DNA of 55,277 nucleotides, filler included, from Jimgerdemannia flammicorona (taxonomy: Eukaryota), in assembly GCA_003990765.1 (NCBI GenBank). It is 3 parts of 3 records of this genome, joined end to end, with 100 filler letters (N's around TTAATTAATTAA, not from the genome) between each part and the next. Parts side by side here need not be neighbours in the genome. Positions count along the whole stretch, not along the records: positions 36,921 to 55,277 come from RBNJ01002229.1; 2 more parts are not named here. One strand, 5' to 3'. Position 1 is the first letter of the stretch, and each line of letters begins with the position of its first letter. The notes under the pieces were generated by a model. The model was not told the DNA's origin. It ran no database searches and was given only the letters and a program-made list of their open reading frames with translations. Of this stretch, positions 36,921 through 51,614 are shown piece by piece. The translations under genes and the position numbers were made by a program.

Positions 36921-39900
36921 TTTTTTTATAGTCACTTGGACTCCGCCTTTATTACCAGTCTATGAATAAGTATACAACATTACCACCCCCTATCCAATCC
37001 CCATAGGGGGGCCCCTCTCCACCTCCTTCCGAATAAAAACCACCCTTTCACCAACTACTCTAACTCTCCCCCCACTCTGCCCACAAATTTTCTCCACTAA
37101 GTGGCACCTCCGACCACCCTGCAGCCCCCAACCCAGCCACCAGCCTGTTAAGGTGTCTTCCATAAGCCTATGCTACTGCAACAACCAGTCTCCCAAGCTC
37201 TGTCTCCTCCCATCCTCAAAAACAAATAGCCAATGACTGGCCAGCCCCACCCAAATAGCCAAAGCCCAACCCAAAGTAAGCCACTCCTTCCCTATCCCTC
37301 CTACCAATCTATCCCTCAAGTCCTCCCACCTCTCCTGTACTTCATCTCTCCGATGCTGTACCCCCAAACATTCCCCAATTGCCCACCAAAAATCCCCCAA
37401 CACCTCACACTCTCCTAGCCAATATTCAGGTGTCTGTACAAAACCCCCCTCCTGCTCTACATTATGGCACTCCTCACAGTTAAAGCAACCCCCTATGACA
37501 AGGTGCCCCAAGCGAAAGTTGAGCATAACATTTCTCTGCAGCATGTGCCACCAGACCACCCAGTACTTTGGTGGCATCCACTTTCTTACTGCAGCACTCT
37601 AGGTCCAAACACTATACCAATTCCACTCTTCACCAATTCCAACACCTTGCCACCCACTAGGCCACAGATCCTGGCCTGGTCCCCTTTGGCATTCCATTCC
37701 ATCTCCAATGTCGAACTCAATTAAAGGGGCACCACCCAGCAGTATATGATCCCATCTCCACATAGCCGGGTCCTAGTCCTCCTCTCCTTCATTCCCCTGC
37801 CAATGAATACCAATACGGTGTACCCCTTCTGCAATCCCCCACCAAAATCCTTTATATCACAGTTGTTCAGTGTTCTGAAGTCCAACCAATGAGAGGAGAT
37901 CACCAGTTGAGCCCCTTGGTGATAACTGCCTCTCCCAGATCTTCTGTAGCAGAGGAACCCACCCACCTCCTCTCAATTCCACTGCCCTCTTTAGCCACCA
38001 TGCTCTCAAGCAGTGTAACCATTTAGGAAAATCAACCAGCCCAAGACCACCTTGTGCCACTGATAGGGACAAGGTCTCTCAGCCAATCTGACTCCGCCTG
38101 CCAGCCCAAATCCATCCCTTTGCCGACTTCATCAATCTCTTCACCACCCAAGCTGGGAAGTCCAGATGATATGCCAGGTACCATAGCTTTGGCAGCCAAT
38201 GGACATTCAAAATCGAGACCTGCTCTGCCAGAGAAAATTGTCTTTCCCCCCAACTCTGCAGGGCCTCCTCCCAGATTCCAATCCTCTGCTCTCACCAAAG
38301 CCTAGGCAGAACTGACCCATATACTGACAAATATATGCCTAAATACCACACTGCTTCACCAGTAGGGACGATTGTTCCTATCACTTCCCCTCCTACCAGA
38401 CCATTGCCTAGCATTATTATTTCACACTTATGCCAATTCAGCTTAGCTTCAGAGTTCTCCTCATACCACTTGACAGTCTTCTTGAGCTCTTCCACATCAG
38501 CAATCGACCCCAAACCCACCACCATGTCATCTGCAAAGGCCCCAACTTTCCATCCAATGCCAAAGACAGAGAGCCCCGCTATCCTCCTGAATTCTGTCCA
38601 TCAGAGGTTCCAGGGAGAGAGCATACAAAATAGGGGACAGTGGATCCCCCTGGGGCACCCCCCTTCCCAGGGGGAACACTACCCCTCTATGTCCATTACA
38701 CATGAGTGCAGCCCTACTCCCTTCCAGTAGGCTGACCATTGCTGACCGGAATTGGTGTGGAACCCCCATTCTATCCAAAACCTTCACCAGCCAGACTCTT
38801 CACACCCAGTTGTATACCTTCTCCTGGTCCAAGAATACTAGATGCCCATCCAGTCCACAGACCCTTGCCCCTTCGATAATGCCATGTACCCAGGCAGTAC
38901 CATCCCTGATGAGCCAACCACCCACAAATCCCCTCTGCTCAACACCCACGACTTGCTGGGCCACCTTCTGTAGTCATGCCACCACCACCTTAGTCACCAA
39001 CTTCCTGTCCATATCTAGCAACATTATCGGCCGCCAGTTCTTCCAATCCTCCTGCCTTCCTTTGTTTTTATAAAGCAGCATCACCAGCCCAAGGTCCTGC
39101 TCCCCCACCCACCTCCCTGTCTGTAGAATCAGGTCACACAATGCCATCATCTCTCCCATTACCCCTGGGACTCCAACCATTCACTTCCAAAAATCCCAGG
39201 GCAGACCATCCTCCCTAGGTGCCATACCTGATGTTGTTGCAGCAAGAACCTAGTGGATCTCATCCTCCTGAACAGGCATCACCAGGTCACCTAGCCCCTT
39301 GACTTGTGGTGGGTGCCAATCCTCCAATGTTTGTTCAATGGTAGTGGTATCTGCCCCACCCTCTTCCTCACTCCACAATCCACTCTATCTCTCCTTCAGC
39401 AATCCAAGAATGTCCTGCACCCCATGCACCAGTCTACCATCTGAGTCCAGCACCCCTTCCCATCATTGCTGTACCTGCCTCACCCTAAGGGCCCTTATAA
39501 GGTACTTGGAAGGCCTCTCTCCTTCCTCTAGATCCTGCCAGCGAAGCTGTGCTGCCAAGCTCTGGACCCTTGCCTCTTCCTCTTCCCACAGCACCTGTTG
39601 AAGTTCTCCAACCTCCATTTTCACCCTCATTAACCTCTAATCGCCTTCTTCCTCCAACATCTTCAGCCTTGCCCACTCCTCCAGGAGCCACATCAATCTA
39701 GTAGAGGCCCACCACACTCTTCGCCTTCACTGCTTCCCTGCCTCCTTGCCTGCCTCACTCCAGTAAATCTTGGCCATCTCCTTCATCCTCATCCACCGAG
39801 TCCCAACTGAGGCCCCTTCTTGCCACTAGTTCTCCACCCTCAGCTGAATGTCTTTAGTCCACTCATCCCACTGGGTCTTGTCATCTAATAAAGAGGAATT

Positions 39901-42900
39901 GAGGCACCAATGTCCAGGCCCATCCCCACTTCTCCCAAAGCACCCCTGTCCCAAAAGCCCCCAGTGATCCGACCATGAACACCATTCTACCTCCAATGAC
40001 TTCCAAACATCAAGGCCCCAGCAGCTGGCCATCAAAACCCAGTCGATTCTTGTCCCCAGACCCCCCTGCCCAATGTGTATAAACCCTTCTATTCCCCCAG
40101 CACTCCCTGCCAGCATCTACTAGTGCACTCAGTTATTCTACTTCTTCCCATGCCACCAGTCCTCCACTCCTGCTCTCAGCACCTCATCCTCCATCTGTCC
40201 TATCCAACAGTATGTCCCAAACCATATTGAAATCTCTCCCAAGTATATCTACTCCTGCCTCCACAAGTATCCCACTCTCTTGTAAGCCTTTCACCCAATC
40301 TACTCTCTCACCCTGTACCACAGGGTAATAGCAGGAGCCAACTGTAACTGGCTCCCAGCCTGCCCGAATCCACTCACCCCAGACCAGCCTCTCCTCCCAG
40401 CTCCTCACCTCCTGTATCTCTCCTCTACCTTTCCGAACCAAAATCCCAATCTTGCCCTTCCAAATCACTACACCTCCCCATTCCTTTGTCCATTCCATCC
40501 TATCAGAATCATCTTCACACTGGACATCCTGCAAGAGGAAGAGATCAGCCTCCAATCCCTTCATCCAAGTAAAAATGTTCCTATGTCGAGTAGCGCTCCG
40601 TAACCCATTTACATTTAAAGAAAAAATGTTGGTTGTACTGTTCATATTGGAAGATGTTATGTTGTCAATCAATCTCTACTGCTCCATGCTCATCCCCTCC
40701 TGCGCTGTGTCCAGATTATGTTCCACAGCCACCTCCTCCTCTTCTGCCCTCTGAGCCTCTAATCCAGCCAACAGTTCTTTTTTTTTTTTTTATAGTCACT
40801 TGGACTCCCTTCCTTTATTAATATCCATCTATCCCATATAATTACAATGATCCCACCCCCTATCTAATCCCCTGAGGGGGCCCCCCTCCCCCTACCCTTT
40901 CCCTGTGAAAGACCACTTTGTCGAACACAATCCCCACCCTCCCACCACTCTGCTCACAGATCTTCATCACCAAACCATGACGTCGTCCTCCCTGAGGACC
41001 CCAACCCACCCACCATCTGGTCAGCAGATCCCCCACCAGCTCCTCCCACCTTGACACCTTCTCATACAGCCCCAACCGCTGCCCCTCCTCAAATACAAAA
41101 AGCCAATGGCCCACCAGTCCCACCCATACTGCTAACACCCATCCTACAGTGAGCCAACTATCCCCCACCCCACCTACAAGCCGGGATCTTAAGTCCTCCC
41201 AGCAACCCCCCTCCTCTACCTGCTGATGCCCCACACCCAGTCTATCTCCTACCTCAGCCCAAAATTCCCCCAGGACCTCACACTCTCCCAGCCAATGTTC
41301 TGGTATCTGTACATGACCCCCAGCCTGCCCAACATCATAACACTCCTTGCAGTCAAATTGTCCACCCTCTACTAAATGCCCCGAGTGGAAATTCAGCATG
41401 ACATTCCTCCACAACATTCGCCACCATACCACCCAGAGCTTGGGAGGAAGCCACCTCCATACCTCAGCACTCCAAGACCAGATGCCTGCCTAGTCCCACT
41501 CCTCACCAATTCCAACCGCCTGCCAGCTACTTGGCCAAAGGTCCTGGCCAAGCCCCCACTGACACTCCACTCCCTCCCCAATATCAAATGCAGCCAGTGG
41601 AGCACCCCCCAGGAGCAGTCCATCCCAATGCCACATATTAGGCCCCCACGCTGCCTCCCCCTCATTACTCTGCCATCGCAGGCCAATTCGGTGTGCTCCA
41701 TCAGCCACTCCCCACCAAAAGCCCTTGAACTGCAGCCTCTGAACTCCATTCAGCCCCACCAAAGAGAGCAGATCTCCAGAGGACCCTCAGGGGGATGTTT
41801 GCATCTCTCATACCTTCTGCAGCAGAGGCACCCAATCTCTGCCCTGCAATTCCACAGCTCTCTTCAACCACCAGGCTCTCAAGCAGTGCAGCCTCTTAGG
41901 GAAATCCACCAGGCCAAGACCTCCCCTGACTACCGGCCTTGCAAGAGTATCCCAACTGACCTGGGACCTCCTCCCCACCCAAATCCAATTCCTAGCCACC
42001 TTTGTCAGCTTCTTCACCACCCACGCTGGGAAGTCAAGGTGATATGCTACATACCACAGCTTTGGGAACCAATATACATTCAGGATTGACACCTGCCCTG
42101 CTAGAGAGATATGGCGGCCTCCCCATCCTCGAAGGGCCTCCCCCCAACTATTCACCTTGCCCTCCCACTACACTCGTGGTAAGACAGAACCATATACAGA
42201 GAGGAAGATGTCCAGATACCGCACCACCTCACCAGTAGGGACAATTGTTCCAATGACATCCCCACCCACTAGCCCATTCTCTAGCACCATTGTCTCACAC
42301 TTATGCCAGTTGAGTTTTGCCCCTGAGTGAGCCTCATACCATTCCACAGTCTCCTGAAGTGCCACTACATCTGCTACAGACCTAAGTCCCACTACCATAT
42401 TATCAGCAAAGGCCCTCACCTTCCACACTATACCATATATAGAGAGCTCTGCTACCTTCCGACGAATCCTATCTATCAACAGCTCCAGTGACAGGGCATA
42501 GAGAATCAGAGATAGAGGGTCCCCCTGAGGTACTCCTCTTCCTAAGGGAAATGCCCTCCTGCAGTGACCATTACACATCAGAGCTGCCTGACTACTTTCC
42601 AGCAGACTCAACATAGAGGCCCTAAATGTTGGGGGAACACCAATCCGGTCCAACACCTTTCCCAGCCACACTCACCATACATGGTCATAGGCCTTCTCTT
42701 GGTCCAGAAAGACCAACCTTCCATCCAGTCCACAGGCCCAGGCCCCTTCAATAACACCATGAACTCATGCAGTCCCATCTCTTATTAGCCTGCCCCCAAC
42801 AAAGCCCCTCTGCTCCTCCCCCAGCACCTGTTGGGCAACCTTCTGCAGCCTTGCAACAATCACCTTAGTCACCATCTTCCTGTCCATATCCAGAAGCATG

Positions 42901-45362
42901 ATCAGCCGCCAGTTCTTCCAGTCCTCCCTCCTTCCCTTGTCTTTGTACAGTAAGGCCACCAGCCCCAGGTCCTGCTCTCCAACCCACTCACTACTCCAAA
43001 GGACATGGTCACAAAGATCAGCCATCTCGCCCAACACTCCGGGGACATTTACCATCTTCTTCCAGAAGTCCCAAGGCAATCCATCCTCCCCTGGCACCAT
43101 CCCAAGCTTAGTTGCTGCCAGGACACTCCGGATCTCCTCCCCCTGCACCGGTAAGATCAAGTCCCCCAGTCTAGCAACCTGCGGTGGCCCCCACTCATCT
43201 AGTATATTCACAATCTCTGCCTCATCTGTACCTCCTTCTCCCTCACTCCACAAACCCTGCCATCTCTCCTTCAAGACCCCCAGGATTTGTTGTGTGCTAT
43301 GAACCATGTCTCCATCAGCATCCAGGACCCCATCCCTCCAGCCAACAGTTCATTCATCTCTCTATCGGCCTTCTCCTCGAACTCCTCTCAGTACTCTATG
43401 CAGGCCTCCTGCCAGAGTTGCAGTTCATGATGCTTGTTCCAGAAGTATTCAGCCCTTTCTCCAGCAACGACTGCCATCTCTGCCTCCCTTTCCTTATCCA
43501 CCTCATACCCTTCCTCCTCCAGGTACACTGCAAGAATTTCTGCCTTCAGTGCCTTCATTACTTCATCCCCCTGCAGTATCCCTGCCCAATGCTCATCACT
43601 CATCACTTGCAAGTCCACCTCCCCCAGCTCTTCCGCCACCAGGTTGTTCATCATCTGGTACATCCAAAGTAAGTTCCCCACCTCTTTCCCTCCTGGAGTC
43701 ACCAGCCTCCCTCCATCCAACATTGTGGTGTCAGCTCCAGTGCTTGCAGTCTCATCCCATACCTCTAGGACATCCACCAGTTCCTCCTCGCCAGCCTCCA
43801 CCACCTGTCCTCCATATGCCACCTCTGGAACTCCAAATTGTACCCTCTGGGCCCCTTGCATTGGCACATCTTCTACCACCCTGTTTCAGGAAGCTGGGCT
43901 ATGTTGGACAAGAGGGGTAGGGGTAGGAGAGCCCTCCCAGTCCTCCTCCCAAACCTCCAGCATACCATCAGCATATAGGTCCTTACTATGCTTTGCCTTA
44001 TCCTCCCCTGCCTCCTTCTTGTCCTTCTCCTCCCCTTCGTCAGTCCAGACACTTGCTTTGGCTCTCCCTATGCCCTTCATCTTGCTCGCATCTTCCAGTG
44101 GCCTGTTATCCAACTTGGCCAGCAGCTCCTTCTGTCTCTTACACCCTTGAGCCCTTTCCCACTGCTCCTTAGTCACTCGAATCCACTTTCCATCCACTAC
44201 CTCCAAATGCATCGCCTCCACAAATACCTCCCAAGCCTTCGCTCGCCTCTCTACAGCACTACTCAGCTCTTCTAGTGCTTCCAATAGATCCTCCTCCTCC
44301 TCCTCACTACCCTTCACCCTTGTCACCTTGCACAGAATCACTCCCCAGACCATTACTGAAGGCCAGTCCCTCACCTTCCCAGTAGCTTCCTTCCCAGCCA
44401 GCCAAATCCTCACATCTATGTTGCCCATCCTGAGTGAGGTCCCTTCCCAGATCCTGAATCTGATATCCACTACCTCTCCATACTCTGCTATGAAATCCTC
44501 AACTCTCTTTCTCATCTCCAATGCCATCACCATCGGCACTCCTTTCACTAGCAGCTGGACCACCCTGGGATCCCACTTCAGGCAATGCGCCATCGGAATA
44601 CACACCTCCCCAACCACCAATCCAACCTTCAGTACCTCCTCCAGTGGCGCCACCTCCTCAAAACCAACCTCCACTCCCTCCAGTCCCTTCAAGAACTTCA
44701 CAGATGCAGCTCCTGCCACCTGCTTAGCGATGAGCCCCAGTACCATTTTTACCGTCACCACTAAACCCTGGAAACACATAGTGACTGCAAATTCCGAGAT
44801 CAACTTCTTGAGTAACGGCACCACTGCCAGTCCTGTTACACTATCTGCCAGGTCCCCAGGCCTTGTGCCCTTCCCACTGCTTGGCTCACCATCAGCAGTC
44901 CCATCTAGATTTTTTTCCAGATTGCCCATCACACCTCCATCAGCAGTCCCTGCCCCAGCTGCTACCCCCCTAGCTCCACCCCTATGGCCCTCCAGAGAGG
45001 CCCCCCCATGAGGTTGCTGCCTAGATGCCCTCACTGGCACCTTCCCCTCCCTCAGCCAGCTCTCCAGTCCAGCCCCCTGCTGATCCCCCTTCACCTTCTC
45101 CGCAAAGCTCACTCTGCTGGTTCCTTGACCCCCAGCTCTGCCCCCTCCTCCACCACATCCACCCACCAGCAGGTCTCTCATGCTTCCTTCCAAGCCAGGG
45201 CCTCTCCCCACTTGTTGTCATTTGAATGCTCCAGGGCCACCCTGCCCAGTACGCACCTCAGGATGCTCATTGGTTGCTATGAAACTAGTAGATTGTCTCC
45301 AGAAACTGTGTCAAAAGTGTTGCCAAAGGATTGTGTAACCTGAATGTTACCAGAGAAAGATG
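36921..45362 (-). mobile_element. Full-length degenerate L1/Tx1-like LINE 'A' (ORF1 about 45220-43352 plus 40777-40676; ORF2 about 40645-36990)
   Basis: APE endonuclease 'IFSLNVNGL...FLLQD...DFN...RIDWVL...SDH', RT 'WRPIMLL...GVPQGDPLSP', C-terminal 'C..C...TPE.W.GEC', AATAAA plus poly(A), conserved 5' terminus. Confidence 0.92.
40778..43336 (-). mobile_element. 5'-truncated LINE 'B' nested in ORF1 of LINE A
   Basis: Poly-T at 40778-40791; perfect 15-bp TSD TCCAGCCAACAGTTC at 40763-40777 and 43337-43351; RT 'GVPQGDPLS...AFADN'. Confidence 0.93.
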
Positions 45363-45373
45363 CTCTTGAGGAT

Positions 45374-48300
45374 GAACCTTCTGTAGTCTCACAACAATCA
45401 CCTTAGTCACCAACTTTCTGTCCATATCCAGAAGCATGATCAGCCTCTAGTTCTTCCAGTTCTCCCTCCTCCCCTTATTTTTGTATAATAAGGCCACCAG
45501 CCCCAAGTTCTGCTCGCTAACCCACTCGCCATTCAAAAGAACATGGTCATAGAGGGCAGCCATCTCTCCTAACACTCCAGGAACCTTTGCCATCTTCTTC
45601 CAGAAGTCCCAAGGTAACCCATCCTCTCCTGGCACTGCCCCTAGCTTAGTTGCCACAAGGACTCTCTGGATCTCCTCCTCTTGGACTGGTAAGATCAAAT
45701 CACCTAGTTCTTCTACTTGCAGTAGCTCCCACTCCTCCAGTGTATCTTCAATTGCCTCCTCATCAGCCCCCTCTTCCTCCTTACTCTACAAACCCCTTCA
45801 TTTCTCCTTCAGTACACCCAAGATCTACTGCATGCTATGTACTATATCTCCCTCAGCATCCAAGACCCTATCCCATCGGTGGTGCACCCTCCTAGTTTAG
45901 AGGAGCCTTGACAGGTACCTAGTGGGCCACTCTCTCTCCTCAAGCCCCTGCCACTGTAGTCTGGTAGCCATTCCTTTCATATGAATCTCCTCCTCTACTT
46001 GCAATAATTGTTACAGCTCTATCACCTCTAATTTCACCTGCTCCAACCTCTAATCCTCCACCTCTTCAGAATGAAGCAACTCGGCCCACTCCATCTGCAA
46101 TCTAATCAGCCTATTAGAAGCACACCATACTTACTTCCTTCTCAGCCTCCCAGCCTCCCTACTAGCTCCTCCTCAATAAATCCTCACAGCCTCCTTCAAC
46201 CTCATCCACTGGATATCCACAGAAGATCCCTCATATATCCAGGTGGTAATCTTCACTTGGACATCCTCTATCCATGGGTCCCACAACCCCTTCTCAGCCA
46301 GCAGGGAGGAGTTAAGGTGCTAATGTCCAGGTCTATCTCCACTCCCCCCAAACTGTCTCTACCCCAATAGCTCCCAGTGATTGGACCAAGGGCACCACTC
46401 CACCTTTCAAGTCCTCCAAATATCAGCACCCCAACATTTGGCCATCAGAATCCAGTCAATCCTTGTATCCAGTCCATTTACCCAGTGTGTATAGACCCTT
46501 CTGTCACCCCACTGTGTTCTGCCCATATCTCCTAAGGAGCTAAGGTTCTCCATCTTCTCCAACTTATCCAGTCCACTACTCCTCCCACCTGCACTCCTTC
46601 CTCCATCAGTTCTATCCAGCTGTGGATCCCACATCATATTAAAGTTACCTCCCAGAACATTGACACCTTCCTCCAAGAAGATACCCTCCTCCAACAGATC
46701 CCTAATCTACTCAATCTGCTCACCCCTAACTGCAGGGCAGTAGCATGAGCCAACTCTCACCAATTCCCACCCAGGTTGGTGCCATTCTCCCCAGACCAAA
46801 CAGTCCCCCCAGCTCTGAATTCTGCCCAAGTCCCCTCTACCCTTCCTCACCAGAATTGCCACTTTGCCATTTCAAGCAGTAGCCCCTCCCCATTCTCTAG
46901 TCCACTCCACCTGATCTTTCTCATCCTCACACCATATATCCTACAGTAAGAAGAGATCAGCCTCCAATCCCTTAAGCTAAGTAAAAATGTTCCTACACTG
47001 CCCCAATCCCCATAACCCATTCACATTTAGAGAAAAAATGTTAGTTGTACTATTCATAAGGAATAATGTTGTTTATCAATCATGCCCTCTACAAATCTGC
47101 ATTCAGCTCCTCCCATGCCAAGTCCAAGTTATGTTCTGCAGCTAGTGCCTTCTCTTCAGTCACCCATGCCTCCAACCCAGCCAGAAGTTCCACCATTGCT
47201 CCATCTTTCTTTTCCTCAAAGTCTTTCCAGTATTCCAGATATGCCTCCTGCCAGAGTTGTAACCCATGATGCTCTGCCCAACAATAGGCAGCCTGCTTAT
47301 CAGCAACAGTTGCCAACTCAGCCTCCCTCACCTCATCCACTATATATCCCTCCTCCTCCTTGAAAATCACAAGTATCTCTGCCTTCAATGCCTCTACCAC
47401 TCCATCCCCATGCAGAATCTATACCCAATGCTCCTCTGGCATCACACGTAGGTCAACTTCTCTCAACTCCTCAGCTACAAGGTTATCCATCATCTTGCTC
47501 ATCCACAGCAGGATCCCTACCTCCTTCCCTCCAGGAATCCCTGGCTGCCCTGCATCCAGCATCATGGTATCAGCTCCCACACTAGCAGCCTCATCCCACT
47601 CCTCCTCTGGGACATCCACCAGCTCATCCTCACCAACTACCACTATCTGGCCCCCTTTGGTCACATCTGGGACCCCAAAGTGAACTTGCTGGGCCCCCTG
47701 CATCAGCACATCCTCCACTTCCCCTCTCTTTCCAACTGGGCCATTTCTGATGAGGGGGGGGGGGGGGGGGGGGTGCTATCCAAATCCTCCTCCCAAACTT
47801 CAAATGTACCATCAGCATAGGAATCCTTACCCAGCACCATCCCAGCCCCTTTCTTGTTCGCCTCCACCTCCTCTCCTCCTTTGCTAGTCCAGACACTGGC
47901 TTCAACACCTCCAGACTCCTCAGCCCCAATCAATTTCTTCTTCACTCCTCCTTTCATACTTACCAAAAGCTCCCTCTGCCTCTTGTACCCCTGGGCCTGC
48001 TCCCACTGCCTCCTGTCAGTACAGATACATTTCCCATCTACAACCTCCAGATGCATCGACTCTTTATACAGCTTCCAGGCTTTTGCCCTCCTCTCCACAG
48101 TACCACTCAACTCCTCCAGAGTCTCCAACAGATCCTCCTCCTCCTCTTCACTCCCTTTTACCCTCGACATCTTATAGACAAAAGCCCCCCACATCAGTAC
48201 TGAGGGCCAGTCACTTATCTTCTCAGTGGCCTCTCTCCTCACCAGCTGCATCCTGACATTGATATCACCTATTCTGAATGTTATCCCCTCCCACATCTGG

Positions 48301-49205
48301 AAGCCAATGTCTACCACATCACCATACTCTACCATCACCTTCTCCACCCTCCTCCTAGTCTCCTCCTTTGTCACCATAGGCATCCCTCTCACCAGAAGCT
48401 GCACCACCCTGGGGTCCCACCTCAAGTACCACACTATGGGGACCACCATTTCCCCAACCACTACTCCAGTCCTCAGGGCCTCATCCAGTGGGCCCGCCTC
48501 CTCAAAGCCCACCTCAACCCCCTCCAGACTCTTCAGGGACTTCACTGAGGCTGCCCTAGCCACCTGCTTCAAAATAAGCCCCAGGATCATCCTCACCATC
48601 ACCACCAAGCCCCAAAAGCACAAGGTAGCTACAAACTCCAAGATCGACTTCTTGAGCAATGGGGCCACTGCTAGCCCCATTACACTATCTGCCAGGTCCC
48701 CCTTCTGTATTGAGAACCCCTGCCCCATCTGGCCATCAGCCATCACATCTCTTTTTTTTTCCTAATTCCCCATCACACTCCCATCAACAGTCACACCCCC
48801 AGCTACAGCTTCTCCAGCCTCTATGCTCACATCTCCCACCTGAGGGCCACTCCTCCTTCTGACACTAGCCTTGCCCTTCCCCTCAGCAGCACCAACCCTG
48901 GTTCCAGCAGGCCATCCACTTACCTTCACCTTGTCAGCAAAGCTGGAGAGACCAGGCCTTCCCTCAGATCCACCTAACACTGGTCCTCCTCCAGAGCCTT
49001 TGCCACCCTTCGACCCTCCAAAAGCCCCCATCTCTAATCTATAACCTCTCCCTATATGCTGCCAGCCAAAAGCCCTAGGTCCACCTGACCCAGTACGCCC
49101 TTCAGAACTCTTGCTCGATGATATTTTTATAGTACCTTTTCTCCGAGTTGTATTGAAAACTGTTGCTTGAAGTTTGTATAATGTGAATTGTACAGGAGAA
49201 AGGTG
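45374..49205 (-). mobile_element. LINE 'C': 5' end, ORF1, endonuclease and RT start, cut at the 5' end of LINE A
   Basis: ORF1 (about 49120-47089) aligns with LINE A ORF1. Also 'GGNFN...TRIDWIL' and 'PGEDGLPWDFWKK...WKN'. Confidence 0.9.
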
Positions 49206-50967
49206 GACTGAGCAAAGATCTACTTGATATTTTATTATTAACTATTTTATAGAAAATATGACCTATATAGTAAGTAATACTTACAATAGCTCTGAAGAAT
49301 AAGAAGTAAACTGAAGAAATATGACAACTCTCTAAAGTAAATTATAAACTTACTTAAAATATTTACAATCATATATCAGAGTTAACAATAGTTACAGATC
49401 AATTGCACAATAGTCTTATTAGTTTAAAAACATTATCTGATAAGATGACAAATAATACAAAGTAGAGATATGATCATATAGTACTTTTATACTATATAAA
49501 TGATAATTATTATTACTTTGAAGGTATTTATATATTGAGTTAATTGATAAATTTAGTTAATATATATATAATATATTTAAATTATTAATTTATATAATAT
49601 TTAATAATAAGTACTAATAAAGTTATCAAAATAATAATCCTGATATATATTATTTACCTAGTAAATACAATGTGGTCAAGATGTATATACTATATATATA
49701 TAGTAGATATTGCCTATCTTATCTGGAGGATAATACATGAAAATGTACATATTCAATCTACTATTATATTGATATATATATATTTAGATATCTGTAAAGC
49801 AGTAATTACCTATATATTATCAGTATATAGATGTTATAGGTTTATTTATCTTTATTATTATCTTAGTAATATATTATATTAGAATATTTATTTTCACCAT
49901 CATGAGGCAACTATTGAAGCTTGGCTTTGAAGCTGGTCTAATGATGATATCTGAAGATAACTATCTGAATAGGGTTCAGAAGCTAGTCTATGAGATTTAT
50001 CTCAATAGTTTTTACTATATATTTATAATATCTATTATATTTCTGTTAGCAAATAAATAATCAGTGATAATGGAATATAATATTATATTAGATTAATAAA
50101 TTATATATTTGAGCTCTATAATATTATATATTAGATATCTTTTTAAAATAAGTATAGAGCTAAATATGATCAGAATACTTTAATTTTGCTTCTATATATT
50201 TAGAATATAAAATTATCAATATTTTATATAAATTTCAAATTTTGGCTAGCTCAAAATTGTCATTCATTGTAATGGTAATTCAGCTTTGTAGAAAGTCCCT
50301 TTTAGCTAATATCTTTACTATTAAGTAGCAATTACAAATTATGGCTCTATATATTATATTTCAAATATCTCTCTACATAATTACAGAGCTGCATTGTATG
50401 AGGTACAAATAATATCTGTATATATTATATATCAGATAGATCTCTTCAATTTTACTATTTATATATTGTGGTGTTGGGTTTGTATCCCTAGTTGCTTCTG
50501 GCATGGCTCAATGTGCCACTTGGTGGAGCACATGGTATATGACTGAGTGCATTTGCGATGGTTATGGGTCGATGGTCACGTGATCGGTTTGTCTAATTCA
50601 TATGATAATTGATAGCAGGAGTTTGATTGTTCGTTGGCTCAGGACGTCGATGGCTCAATTGTTTAGTGGAAAAGGGTGGTGAAAAACTTAGCAGCAACGG
50701 TCTTGATGGTCTTGCTCTTTATGCGGTCAATTAAAGTGGTCTGTGGCACAGTAGGTCAGGGAAAACAGAGGTTGATGGCTTGCTCATCTATCTTGGTTAA
50801 CTTGAAAGGTTCCTGGCAGTCATTCGGGTCTTTGGCAGTGGTCTTGTATCCTTTGGCTGGGTAACTTGAATTCCTTGAGTTCTTTAGCTATGTTGCCAGG
50901 GTCTTGAATCTCGAATGGCAGTCTCAAATAGCAGCGGTTGGTGGTTGGGTAATGTTTTCTTTATTTC

Positions 50968-51435
50968 TGTGGCAAGAGAAATTCTTTAACTCAAACCTTG
51001 AGTGATCCGTTACTCTAGTTATTTTGTTCTTGGAATTCTGTTCTCTTAGAGGCAGTGTGTTTTCTCTGTAAAACTGTCTGACTTGCAGGTGGTCTGGGGT
51101 CTTGAATCCTTTTCATGGTGGCAAAACTTAAAATTCGGGCAGCAAGAGAAATTCCTTAACTCAAACTTCTGAGCGATCTGTTGCTCTAGGTTGTTATCTT
51201 GTTCTCAGAATTTTCCGGTCTCTTGGAGGCAGTGGTTTCTTTGTAAACTAGAACTGACTTGCGGGCAGTCTGTGGTCTTGAATCCTTTTCGTGGTGGCAA
51301 AACTTGAAATTCAGGTGGCAAGAGAAATTCCTTAACTCAAACTTCTGAGCAATCCATTGCTCTAGGTTGTTATCTTGTTCTCAGAATTTTCTGGTCTCTT
51401 GGAGGCAGTGGTTTCTTTGTAAACTAGAACTGACT
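50968..51435. repeat. About 2.7 tandem copies of a 170-176-bp unit downstream of the family-2 TATA box
   Basis: GCAAGAGAAATTCYTTAACTCAAAC recurs at about 50972, 51142 and 51318. Confidence 0.9.
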
Positions 51436-51614
51436 GACTGAGGTTTTATTCACTCTAAGATATAGGGTTATTTATACAAATTTGCTAGCTATAGGGGGGG
51501 GCTAAGGTATACTATGTTGTGGTGGACTTCACTATGCTATTGGCTTGCACAATATGAAGGGCTGACTTGCTGACACAGATGGATATGGATATGACGATTG
51601 TTGCCAGAAATGGT

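Noticed and set aside
37200..48900. Many long plus-strand Pro/Ser-rich ORFs
   Set aside because: Antisense shadows of the G-rich LINE coding strand.
49206..50466. Small ORFs in AT-rich DNA (also at 5.3-8.9 kb and 17.5 kb)
   Set aside because: Low-complexity I/Y/L-rich translations expected from hypermutated repeats.
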